A stretch of DNA of 38,201 bases from an uncultured Synergistales bacterium (GCA_937897575.1 CALCQG010000091.1:1-38201), one strand, 5' to 3'; counted from the first letter of the stretch, positions 18,052 through 26,744 are shown. Numbers and translations are program-made. Notes: generated by a model not told the origin, from the letters alone.

Positions 18052-19395
18052 ATGGGATACGGCAATGTATACTCGAACAAGCCGTTTGAACGCGCGAGCA
18101 AAACATCTCATACTGGGATCATAAATGATGCAGCAGTTAGAGACTTTCTTTGCACCTGCACGTTTCCTCTGCTTCAGAACGAAATAAATGATCATGATAG
18201 CATTTTGGAGGAAATGCAACCAGTTTCCGAAAACCCGATCAAGACTATAATTACCATTGATGGAGGATATACAAATGTTGTTGTCGAAGAAGCATTTCCT
18301 TCCTCTACAATAGCATTCTTCCAGTTCGGTGTTTTATTCTTTAAGTACGAAGATTTATTAGAGTTGGAGCGAAAACCATTTATTGACCCGGATGACTTTG
18401 CTAAAATACAGAATATACAGAGGTTAAAACTTGTTATTCCCACGAAAGGCGTTTCCATAAAAGGTCAAAAAGATTTAATTTCTTCAGTCCGAAAGGCTCT
18501 TTACGACTTTTTTATGAGTGCTCCCGATAAAAAAGAGGACAAGACCTACATGCAGTCTTTGAAATGGTTCCTCTTTGAAGAGTACAGTTTGAATGCACCG
18601 AAGCCCTGGCATTTAGCAACCTGCCCGTATTGCAGTAAGGGCCTTGATATAGAATGCAGCAAGATAAGCCGAAGCTTCACGACACCCTGTCCTTTCTGCG
18701 GTGGTGAGATCTATCTCACCGATGTTTTTCGTCTGCATGAAGCAATAGATAATGAACTTGGGGCTGGCGGAATCTTGGGTTACATAACAACCACCGTGGA
18801 ACAGATGACCATTGTGTTTCTTATCCATCAGATACTCAATTTGCAACCCTCACTCCTAAAAAGCTGTTTGATAATAAAAGATGGACCACTTGCTTTTTTT
18901 GGGCAAACCGCAAATATGTACAAGCCGATGAGAAGTCTAGTTCGTTTTCTTCACAAAAAACATGCAATCTATTTGGTTGGTTTGGAAAAGAGCGGAGCAT
19001 TTGTGGAGCATGCGGCGCAGATATCGGAAAGGATGAAGCCAAAACAATTTCTCATGCTTGGAAACAAGCATATTTATAAGTATATTATCCCAGGAACAGT
19101 AGAGGAGCACCGTCCTTATGCGGATACATCTTACTATAGCAGCAAGCTAATTTTCAAATCTGTATTCGAAAATGTTTATGTGGCGACTATACCAAACATA
19201 TATGCCAAAGTGGAACCGACTCGGGATGACTATCTGAACCTTGATGTCATATTGCATAACATTACTGCACTTAAGTGCGATCTTTATTATAATTCTCTGG
19301 TCCCGGTCGTTATGGTGAACAAACTTGTTTCCCTTGCAGATCATCCAAGTTCTGATGTACTTCGCAGTTTTGCACAGGAGAACATACAGCACTAA
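18052..19395 (+). CDS. nurA: NurA-family nuclease (RNase H-like fold) with an inserted CxxC...CxxC zinc ribbon
   Basis: Motifs ITIDGG, IIKDGPL, VGLEKSG and C-terminal L.P....NKLVSL, plus CPYC...CPFC. Starts 13 nt after herA. Confidence 0.75.
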   Translation: MGYGNVYSNKPFERASKTSHTGIINDAAVRDFLCTCTFPLLQNEINDHDSILEEMQPVSENPIKTIITIDGGYTNVVVEEAFPSSTIAFFQFGVLFFKYEDLLELERKPFIDPDDFAKIQNIQRLKLVIPTKGVSIKGQKDLISSVRKALYDFFMSAPDKKEDKTYMQSLKWFLFEEYSLNAPKPWHLATCPYCSKGLDIECSKISRSFTTPCPFCGGEIYLTDVFRLHEAIDNELGAGGILGYITTTVEQMTIVFLIHQILNLQPSLLKSCLIIKDGPLAFFGQTANMYKPMRSLVRFLHKKHAIYLVGLEKSGAFVEHAAQISERMKPKQFLMLGNKHIYKYIIPGTVEEHRPYADTSYYSSKLIFKSVFENVYVATIPNIYAKVEPTRDDYLNLDVILHNITALKCDLYYNSLVPVVMVNKLVSLADHPSSDVLRSFAQENIQH

Positions 19396-19468
19396 AAAAT
19401 TTATAAGTGATAAAAATTATTCATCGCCCGATTTAAACACTCAAACTACATTTTAGGAAGGAAAAACC

Positions 19469-20122
19469 ATGGTCACGAAAAAGATAACGAATCTTTGGCA
19501 ATCGAAAAGCGAAAAAGAATGGGAGGAATGTCTTTCTTCTTACTGGGGTTATGTGCGCAATCAACTTCCAAAAAACTTTGAGCTCGAACGCGAAATGGAT
19601 GTACTCCACCTTGAGATGGTTAAAGCTCTTAATCCTGAAGAGTGGTACAGTTTTCTTCGCGAAAAATACTTCCGCTGGAAATACACCCAACCCAATAGAT
19701 ATGTGACTACCACAAACTCGTTGAATAGATATCTTAAAGAGGGAAAACTTGATGAACTTTTCGAGATCAAGCAAAAACTGCTTGATTTTGACACATCGGA
19801 TATAAAATGCGGTCTTTCAGCAGCAAAGAGGATTCACGGCCTTGGAATACCTGGTTCATCCGGTCTTCTCGCTCTCCTTTATCCTCATGCTTTTGGCACA
19901 GTTGATCAATTTGTGGTCAAATCGCTTCTTGAGATTCCAGATCTTCCTGAAAAAGAAGCAATAAAAAAAATGAATCCAATGAAACTTTCACTTAGGAATG
20001 GTGTACTCCTTATAGAGCTGATGCGGCGAAAAGCGGCTAAAAATAACAGGATATTCGGGGGCAACCGTTGGACTCCTCGAAAGATTGACATGATTTTATG
20101 GGTTTGTCGAACGGACTTATAG
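19469..20122 (+). CDS. Hypothetical protein resembling HhH-GPD DNA glycosylases
   Basis: HhH-like IHGLGIPGSSGLL, then GTVDQFV (GPD-type Asp position) and C-terminal PRKIDMILW. RBS-like AGGAAGG. Confidence 0.6.
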   Translation: MVTKKITNLWQSKSEKEWEECLSSYWGYVRNQLPKNFELEREMDVLHLEMVKALNPEEWYSFLREKYFRWKYTQPNRYVTTTNSLNRYLKEGKLDELFEIKQKLLDFDTSDIKCGLSAAKRIHGLGIPGSSGLLALLYPHAFGTVDQFVVKSLLEIPDLPEKEAIKKMNPMKLSLRNGVLLIELMRRKAAKNNRIFGGNRWTPRKIDMILWVCRTDL

Positions 20123-20206
20123 CTGTCGAATGCCTCTATGTGGAAGTTTTTCAGCAAAGGCAAGGTATTTCAATTGTAAGAATCTGAAGTGTTATTTACA
20201 ATTTCT

Positions 20207-20229
20207 AGGGGACGGACCGACCGTCCCCT
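20207..20229 (-). terminator. Hairpin at the island/backbone junction, probably the terminator of the riboswitch-controlled gene
   Basis: AGGGGACGG-ACCGA-CCGTCCCCT. Confidence 0.45.
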
Positions 20230-20282
20230 TCAACCGGAAGGCGAGCACAGCGACCGCTGCAGCCTCTTCCTTCCCCGATGGG

Positions 20283-20744
20283 TTAGAGATCGTCTCCCGA
20301 CCCCATGTAGATCAGCACGACCTCCCGCTCCTGGATATCTCCCAGAGAAAGGGGAGCGCGCAGCGAGCGAGTCCTCGCCGGGATGACCGGCCCCCCCGAT
20401 TCGTCCAGGGCGATGGCGAAGTCCTCCCTGGCATCCATGGCCTCGTCCACGCACCGCCACAGAGCGGAGGCGATGCGATCCTCCACGTCCCGCCGCCTGG
20501 CCCGGGCCCGCTCCCTCTCCAGCCGCTCTTCGGCGGCACACAGCGGCTTCAGGATGACCCCGTCGAAGACGCCCCCACATACAGTCCTATCGAAGGGGGT
20601 CTCTTTGAGAGCGGCGACGTTCGTCTTACGCTGGTCCTGTTCCGACCGCTCGAACTCGGCGAAATGGATCGCCCCATCGAAGAGCTCCGCCCCGCTGCGC
20701 TCCGCCGAGCCCTGACCTACCCGGCATCCGTTCTGATCCGACAT
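20283..20744 (-). CDS. Hypothetical protein downstream of the cobalamin riboswitch
   Basis: RBS GGAGGG lies 5 nt before the ATG at 20744, directly after the riboswitch attenuator. 153 aa, no recognised motif. Confidence 0.55.
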   Translation of the reverse strand: MSDQNGCRVGQGSAERSGAELFDGAIHFAEFERSEQDQRKTNVAALKETPFDRTVCGGVFDGVILKPLCAAEERLERERARARRRDVEDRIASALWRCVDEAMDAREDFAIALDESGGPVIPARTRSLRAPLSLGDIQEREVVLIYMGSGDDL

Positions 20745-20771
20745 GATATCCCTCCATGGCCCATTGAGATA

Positions 20772-20803
20772 GAAAAAGGAGAAGCCCATATGCGGGCTTC
20801 TCC
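20772..20803 (-). terminator. Intrinsic terminator (expression platform of the cobalamin riboswitch)
   Basis: The minus strand reads GGAGAAGCCC-GCATAT-GGGCTTCTCC-TTTTTC, between the aptamer and the start codon. Confidence 0.75.
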
Positions 20804-20860
20804 CAGGATAGGTACAGACCATCCGACAGAGTCCATTGCGCCCGCGCGCGAACTGAATCC

Positions 20861-20999
20861 GTTCCGGCCGGTCTCCTGGCTCTCGGTCATTCTACTCCCG
20901 CGTCTTCCCGTCTCATCGACAGTGACATAGTGCGGTTTCGTCCCGACTACAGTGGCGGGGCCGCTCCAGATTCGCACTGGATTCCCGACGCACCGGAAC
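20861..20999 (-). ncRNA. Cobalamin (AdoCbl) riboswitch
   Basis: Minus strand: P1 GTTCCGGT...GCCGGAAC, GGGAATCCAGTGCGAATCTGGAGCGGCCCCGCCACTGTA, CACTG...GGGAAG and B12 box AGCCAGGAGACCGGCC. TATAAT -10 at 21023-21028. Confidence 0.92.
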
Positions 21000-21201
21000 T
21001 CGCTCCTATTCGGTTCGGGTCGATTATACCGCCACATAGTCCCTTTGAGAAGAGGGAGGACACCTTTCATGGTGTTTGTTTCACGTGACACACCATATAT
21101 ATGGCAGTCTGCCGGTGGTATGATGGAGACGAAAAAACCGGGAAGACAGCGTTTCATAGAGGAGCTCCTTCGCCCGGAGACAGAACACAGGGGGGACGGC
21201 A

Positions 21202-22233
21202 ATGCCAAAGACTTCGGAGCGCGCCGCGAAACTGCATGAACGGGGCCTCGTTCTCGACGCCCACTATGACCTTCTGCCCCTCGTCCTGGAGAAGAGGCGG
21301 AAGGGGCGAAACAGGGTCATGGAGCAGGACTATCTGCCGGCCTTCAGGGCGGGACGGGTGGACGGCGTGGTCTCGTCCCTCTTCGTCTCGAACGATCATC
21401 TGCCCGAGATGGGGCTCCGGCGAACCCTGGACATGATCGCCGCCCTTCACGCCGAGATGGAGGAGAGCCCGGGGCTCCTCACCCTGTGCCGCTCCGTCGC
21501 CGACATCGAGGCGGCGAAGGAGCGAGGCGAGTTTGCCGTCCTGTTGTCCCTTGAGGGCGTGGACGCCATAGGGAACGATCTCGCCCTTCTGCGCATCCTG
21601 TACGAGCTCGGCGTCCGGGGCGTCGGGCTTGTCTGGAGCCGGCGCAACTACGCGGGCGACGGCTGCTTCTTCAACCCCGTCCGGGAGGGGCGCAAGGGCG
21701 GGCTCACGGACTTCGGGGTCCGGGTGGTCGAGGAGGCGGCGCGCCTCGGCATGTACGTGGACGTGAGCCATCTGAACGACGAGGGGGTGGAGGATCTGCT
21801 GTCCTTCACGGATGTCCCGGTCATGGCGTCCCACTCGAACTGCCGGGCCATCGCACCGTCCATGAGAAACCTCACTGACGAGCAGATCGTCCGTCTCGCG
21901 GAACGGGGCGGCGTGTTGGGCATGAACAGCTGCAGCACCTTCGTCCGGGAGGATCCGAAAAAGAACCCTGTCGGCCCCGGCGAGCTGGCGGACCACGCCC
22001 TGCACATCAAGAACCTCGTCGGGGCGAAGCACGTGATGCTCGGCTTCGACTTCTGCGACGAGATGCGTGATCCTTCGGAGCTTGCGGAGGGGCGGTACTA
22101 CGACTGCGTGAAGGGCTACGAGGGGAGTGCGGCGTTCACGACGGCGCTGCTCGAGCGCGGGTTCACCGACGACGAGATCGCCGGAGTCCTGGGCGGAAAT
22201 CTCCTGGACTTTCTGCGGCGGACCATAGGGTAG
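21202..22233 (+). CDS. Membrane dipeptidase family (peptidase M19)
   Basis: Motifs DAHYD, LSLEG, GLTDFG, VDVSHLN, ASHSN.R, RNLTDEQI and GFDF. Confidence 0.9.
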   Translation: MPKTSERAAKLHERGLVLDAHYDLLPLVLEKRRKGRNRVMEQDYLPAFRAGRVDGVVSSLFVSNDHLPEMGLRRTLDMIAALHAEMEESPGLLTLCRSVADIEAAKERGEFAVLLSLEGVDAIGNDLALLRILYELGVRGVGLVWSRRNYAGDGCFFNPVREGRKGGLTDFGVRVVEEAARLGMYVDVSHLNDEGVEDLLSFTDVPVMASHSNCRAIAPSMRNLTDEQIVRLAERGGVLGMNSCSTFVREDPKKNPVGPGELADHALHIKNLVGAKHVMLGFDFCDEMRDPSELAEGRYYDCVKGYEGSAAFTTALLERGFTDDEIAGVLGGNLLDFLRRTIG

Positions 22234-22608
22234 GGTGGCCTGAGCCGTTGGGAACCCGTACCTACCAGTAGAGGGAGCCCTTGTGACGGCACTGCCCGAA
22301 GGCGATGCTCGGCATCATGAAGGGGAAACTCGCCCGCAGAGGGGACCCGGGTGATGGTCCTGCCTCTCGTCTGGAGCAACGCTTCCCCTTTTCCCCGAAC
22401 GCTCCGCTCCCTCGGCCGTCACCTACCGAATCGAGTGGGCGTGCTCTTTTCATCGCATTCCTCTGCAAGGGGGCCCTGGTGATGGACACCATGCTCTTGC
22501 TATTCCATCTGGAAGATGCTCTCCGCGCTTCCCGCGAGCCCGCTACGCCTGGCGTCACCCTGCCGAACCGAGCGGGCATCCCTTTTCATCACATTTCCCG
22601 GACAGCTC

Positions 22609-22668
22609 TTGACAGACCGTCCTCCGCGCCATAAGATAGCAATCAATTACTATCTTATGGCGCGGAGG
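22609..22668 (+). promoter_or_regulatory. sigma70 promoter with TetR operator inside a 19-bp perfect inverted repeat
   Basis: TTGACA (22609-22614), 17 bp, TAAGAT (22632-22637). The IR CCTCCGCGCCATAAGATAG-N10-CTATCTTATGGCGCGGAGG spans 22621-22668 and ends in the RBS. Confidence 0.75.
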
Positions 22669-22675
22669 TGTTCTC

Positions 22676-23296
22676 ATGGCGGGTACACGACGCGGGCTTC
22701 CCGCGGATGAACGTCGATCAGTCATCATCGAGACGGTCCTCCGTCTTGCGGCGGAGCGAAACCCGTCGGAGATCACGACGGCCGCCATCGCCGAGGGTAT
22801 GGGGCTGACTCAGGGGGCCCTGTTCCGCCACTTTCCGAACAAGGAGGCCGTCTTCGCCGCCGTGGTTCAGTGGGTGGGGGAGAACCTCTCGGAACGGCTG
22901 AAGGCCGCCTCTCGGTCGACAGAGGCGCCTCTGGACGCGCTGAAGGCGATGTTCGAGGCCCACGTCCGGTTTGTCGCCGAGCACCCCGGCATTCCGAAGT
23001 TCGTCTTCAGTGAGTTGCAGAAGGGGGAGCACTCGGTCCCGAAGAGGGAGGTGCGTGCTCTGATGGCGGAGTACGTCGCCAAGATCGTCCTTCTTCTCGA
23101 CAAGGGGAAGCTGTCGGGGGATGTGGACCTGAACGTGGACTCTGCGGCCGCCGGCTCCCTCTTTCTGGGTACTCTCCAAGGTCTGACGCTGCAGTCCATG
23201 GTGTCGGGCACCAGTCGGGACATGCTCCCCAGGGCCGACGGCCTGTTCGCGATCTTCCGAAGGGCCGTGGAGAAGAGGGAGCGTGATGGGCGATGA
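22676..23296 (+). CDS. TetR/AcrR family transcriptional regulator
   Basis: N-terminal HTH: ITTAAIAEGMGLTQGALFRHFPNKEA. Confidence 0.9.
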   Translation: MAGTRRGLPADERRSVIIETVLRLAAERNPSEITTAAIAEGMGLTQGALFRHFPNKEAVFAAVVQWVGENLSERLKAASRSTEAPLDALKAMFEAHVRFVAEHPGIPKFVFSELQKGEHSVPKREVRALMAEYVAKIVLLLDKGKLSGDVDLNVDSAAAGSLFLGTLQGLTLQSMVSGTSRDMLPRADGLFAIFRRAVEKRERDGR

Positions 23297-24393
23297 CCGG
23301 GCGCACAAGACGTCTCGTCCTGCTGACGGTGGGATTTCTCCTTCTGGCGGGGACGTTCTTCTACGTTATGATGCGGTCGGGCCCCCTCGCGCCCGTTGCG
23401 GTGGTGGCGCAGGAGGTTCAAGTGCGGTCCCTGACGCCGTCCCTCTTCGGGATCGGGACAGTGGAGCCCCGGTACACCTATCGGATAGGCCCCGTCGCCC
23501 CGGGGCGGCTCAAGAGCGTGGAGGTCCAGGTGGGCGACCGGGTGAGCGCCGGCATGGTCCTGGGTGAGATGGACCCAGTGGACCTGGAGGAACGGATCAA
23601 GGCTCAGCGCGCCGTCATCGAGCGTATCGATGCGGCGGTGCGGTCGGCGGGGGCCGCAGTCTCCGAGAAGGCGGCGCGGAAGGCATACGCCGAGGCGCAG
23701 TCGAAGCGATACGACAGCCTGCTGGCGTCGGGTGCCGTCAGCGTCGAGGCGGCGGAGTCCAAGCGTCAGGAGCGGCAGGTCACGGCCGCCCTGTGGTCCT
23801 CGGCGCGGTCGGAGCACGGAGCCGTGGCGGCCGACAGAAACCGCGCCCAGGCCGACCTCGAGGCCCTTCTGTCCCAGAAGGAGACGCTCACGCTGACGGC
23901 GACGTCCGACGGCATCGTGGCGAGCCGGAACGCGGAACCCGGGAGCACGGTGGTGGCGGGGCTTCCTCTGCACATCACCCTCCGGTCGCGGCCGGACGAG
24001 ACATGGCCGGGCGAAATCCTGCGCGTCGAGCCCTTGGCCGATGCCGTGACGGAGGAGCTCCTGGCCAAAGCGGTCTTCACCCGCCGACCGGACCCCGCGC
24101 ACCCCATCGGCGAGCTCGCCGAGGTCACGGTGGACCTTCCGCCCCTGGCGCCGTCGGCCGTCGTGCCGGACGGCGCCCTGCACCGGGTGAACGGAACGGT
24201 CGGCGTCTGGCTCCTCGAGGGAGGGGGCATCCGTTTTCAGCCCGTCGTCATGGGGCGAAGAGACCCCGAGGGCTTCGTCCAGATCCTCGAGGGCGTGGCG
24301 GAGGGGGACAGGGTCGTCGTGTACAGCGAGAAGGCGCTGACGGGACGGTCCCGAGTGAAGGTCGTGGAGCGCGTCGGAGGTGCTGAGGGATGA
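23293..24393 (+). CDS. Efflux periplasmic adaptor (MFP) subunit, apparently with an internal in-frame deletion
   Basis: TM anchor, LFGIGTVEPR, lipoyl-like V.VGDRV.AG..LGEMDPVDL, coiled-coil hairpin and RVEPLADAVTEE. GSTVVAG runs directly into LPLHITLRSR. Confidence 0.8.
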   Translation: MTGRTRRLVLLTVGFLLLAGTFFYVMMRSGPLAPVAVVAQEVQVRSLTPSLFGIGTVEPRYTYRIGPVAPGRLKSVEVQVGDRVSAGMVLGEMDPVDLEERIKAQRAVIERIDAAVRSAGAAVSEKAARKAYAEAQSKRYDSLLASGAVSVEAAESKRQERQVTAALWSSARSEHGAVAADRNRAQADLEALLSQKETLTLTATSDGIVASRNAEPGSTVVAGLPLHITLRSRPDETWPGEILRVEPLADAVTEELLAKAVFTRRPDPAHPIGELAEVTVDLPPLAPSAVVPDGALHRVNGTVGVWLLEGGGIRFQPVVMGRRDPEGFVQILEGVAEGDRVVVYSEKALTGRSRVKVVERVGGAEG

Positions 24394-25588
24394 TCAATCT
24401 GGCCGGGCGGGACATTCTCCACGGGTGGGGCAAGTTCGTCCTCACGGGGGTGGGGCTCGGCCTTCTCATCGGCGTCACCCTGACCATGGGCGGCGTCTAC
24501 AGGGGGATGACGGATGACGCCATGGTCCTCCTCGACGGCAGGCGGACCTGTGGGTCGTCCAGAAGAACACCATCGGCCCCTATGCCGAGTCGTCGAGCAT
24601 CTACGACGACGTCTACCGGAGCGTGGCGGCCATGCCGGGCGTGGCGAGGGCGGCCAACGTCGCGTACTTCACCACCCAGGTGTTGAGGGGGGAGGAGGAC
24701 GTCCGGGCCATGGTCGTGGGCGTCACCCAGGGCGACATCCTCGCGCCGGGGCAGCCCACATACCTCACGGCGGGGCGGAAGATCGCCAGGAACCACTACG
24801 AGGCGGTGGCGGACGCGGCCACGGGCTTTCGGATCGGCGACGAGATCCGGATACGGAGGAACTCCTATGAAGTGGTCGGCCTGACGCGGCGCATGGTCTC
24901 GTCGGGCGGGGACCCCATGGTGTTCATCCCACTGAAGGACGCCCAGGAGGCTCAGTTCCTGAAGGACAACGACGCGATCCTCCGGCAGAGGCGGCGGACG
25001 GAGGAGAATCCGTCGCTCAACAGGCCGGGCGCGCCGGGCGTTCTGGACGCCGTCCTCGCGTCCCAGAGCGTGAACCCCTACGTCAATGCCGTGCTCGTCC
25101 GCCTCCAGCCCGGCTCGGACCCGTCCGAGGCGGCGGAGGAGATCGGGCGGTGGAGCCGGCTCGAGGTCTACACCAGAGGGGAGATGGAGGAGATCCTCAT
25201 CGGCAAGCTCATCGCCACATCCTCCCGCCAGATAGGGCTCTTCCTCGTCATCCTCACCGTGGTGAGCGCCGCCATCGTGGCCTTCATCATCTACACGCTG
25301 ACCCTCGGCAAGATCCGGGAGATCGCCGTGCTGAAGCTCATCGGGACCAAGAACAGGACCATCGTCGCCATGATCCTCCAGCAGTCCGTGGCGCTCGGCG
25401 TCCTTGGATTCATGATCGGGAAGATTGCCGCCACATTCTGGGCGCCCTTCTTCCCGAAGTACGTCCTCCTCCAGTCGAGGGACGCCGCCACGGGGTTCGT
25501 GGCCGTGATGGTGATGTGTGTCCTGGCCAGCTTCATCGCCATCCGCGTCGCGCTGAAGGTCGACCCGGCGGACGCCATAGGGGGGTGA
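24390..25588 (+). pseudogene. ABC transporter permease (FtsX/MacB-like), frameshifted at ~24540
   Basis: MINLAGRDILHGWGKFVLTG...LLDG is in one frame. ADLWVVQKNTIGPYAESS...REIAVLKLIG...VDPADAIGG continues in another frame from 24542. Confidence 0.8.
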
Positions 25589-25592
25589 CGGC

Positions 25593-26336
25593 GTGACGGA
25601 CGAGATGGGCATACGGGTGGAGAATCTGCGGAAACGCTACGGATCGGGCGACAAGGCCGTGGACGCCCTCAAGGGCGTCGATATGGCCGTGGCGCCGGGG
25701 GAGGTCGTCGGGCTCATCGGGCCCTCGGGGTCCGGGAAGAGCACGCTGCTCAAGTGCCTCGGCGCCGTCATCGAACCCACGGGCGGCCTGATCTCCATAG
25801 GGGGCGAGGTGCTCTACGACGAAGGATGGAAGGTCCGGGACCTCCGGACCCTCAGGAGAGACAGGATCGGATTCATCTTCCAGGCACCCTATCTGATCCC
25901 CTTCCTCGACGTGACGGACAACGTGGCCCTGCTTCCCATGCTCGCGGGCCGTCCCGACAGGGAGGCCAGAGAGCGGGCCCTGGAGCTGCTCACGGCTCTG
26001 GATGTGGCGCACAGGGCCGAGGCCATGCCGTCGCAGATCTCGGGCGGAGAGCAGCAGCGGGTGGCCATCGCGCGAGCCCTCGCGAACCGTCCGCCGGTCA
26101 TCCTCGCCGACGAACCCACGGCGCCTCTGGACAGCGAGCGGGCCCTCACGGTCATGGCGATCCTCGAGTCCATGGCGAAACAGTACAGAACGGCCATCAT
26201 CGTGGTCACCCACGACGAGAAGATCATCCCGACGTTCAGAAGGCTCTACTCCATACGGGACGGGAAGACGGAGGAGCGGATAGGGCAGGCGGGACAGACG
26301 AACGCGCAATCGAATGACGAACGGACATCACAATAA
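25593..26336 (+). CDS. ABC transporter ATP-binding protein (LolD/MacB type)
   Basis: Motifs GPSGSGKS, IGFIFQ, ISGGEQQRVAIARAL, LADEPT and VTHD. Confidence 0.9.
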   Translation: MTDEMGIRVENLRKRYGSGDKAVDALKGVDMAVAPGEVVGLIGPSGSGKSTLLKCLGAVIEPTGGLISIGGEVLYDEGWKVRDLRTLRRDRIGFIFQAPYLIPFLDVTDNVALLPMLAGRPDREARERALELLTALDVAHRAEAMPSQISGGEQQRVAIARALANRPPVILADEPTAPLDSERALTVMAILESMAKQYRTAIIVVTHDEKIIPTFRRLYSIRDGKTEERIGQAGQTNAQSNDERTSQ

Positions 26337-26349
26337 GGAGGCGATATTG

Positions 26350-26694
26350 ATGAAGACGAGACGGTACGACGAAACAGCGGCGATGAAGAACCCCCACGGC
26401 GTGGACGCCCGGGCCCTCTACGACGCCCCGGAGGCCACGATCAACATCATCGCCCTTCAGCCGGGACAGGCCCTGAAAAAACACGTCACCCCCGTGGACG
26501 TGGTCTTCTATGTCCTGGAGGGAAGGGGCACCGTGGAGATCGGGGAGGAGAAGCAGGAGGTGGGCAGGGACACCCTCGTGGAGAGCCCGAAGATGATCGC
26601 CCACTGCTGGTACAACACGGGGGACGCCCTCCTTCGGGTCATGGTGATCAAGACGCCCCGCCAGGCGGAGAAGCCCGTTCTCACGGGGAAATAG
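26350..26694 (+). CDS. Cupin domain protein
   Basis: Motifs LQPGQ..KKHVTP...FYVLEG.G and P...H...N.G. RBS AAGGAGG. Confidence 0.85.
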   Translation: MKTRRYDETAAMKNPHGVDARALYDAPEATINIIALQPGQALKKHVTPVDVVFYVLEGRGTVEIGEEKQEVGRDTLVESPKMIAHCWYNTGDALLRVMVIKTPRQAEKPVLTGK

Positions 26695-26707
26695 CGGATC
26701 GGTCCCT

Positions 26708-26744
26708 CCGTCGGGCAGCCATCTGAAGGCTGCCCGACGGTTTT
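26708..26744 (+). terminator. Rho-independent terminator
   Basis: CCGTCGGGCAGCC-ATCTGAA-GGCTGCCCGACGG-TTTT. Confidence 0.8.

Larger units (their letters stand above)
13870..20205. mobile_element. AT-rich horizontally acquired island (putative defence island)
   Basis: Composition drops abruptly from GC-rich to roughly 40% GC (by eye) right after the modC stop and returns at ~20205. Codon usage is AT-rich. Contains an IS relic and DNA-processing genes. No integrase or att repeats seen. Confidence 0.8.

Noticed and set aside
13867..20230. Target-site duplication, att sites or an integrase bounding the island
   Set aside because: No convincing direct or inverted repeats at the two composition boundaries, and no tRNA or integrase seen.
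22234..22608. Small ORFs or a structured RNA between the dipeptidase and tetR
   Set aside because: No recognisable protein motif or RNA family signature.
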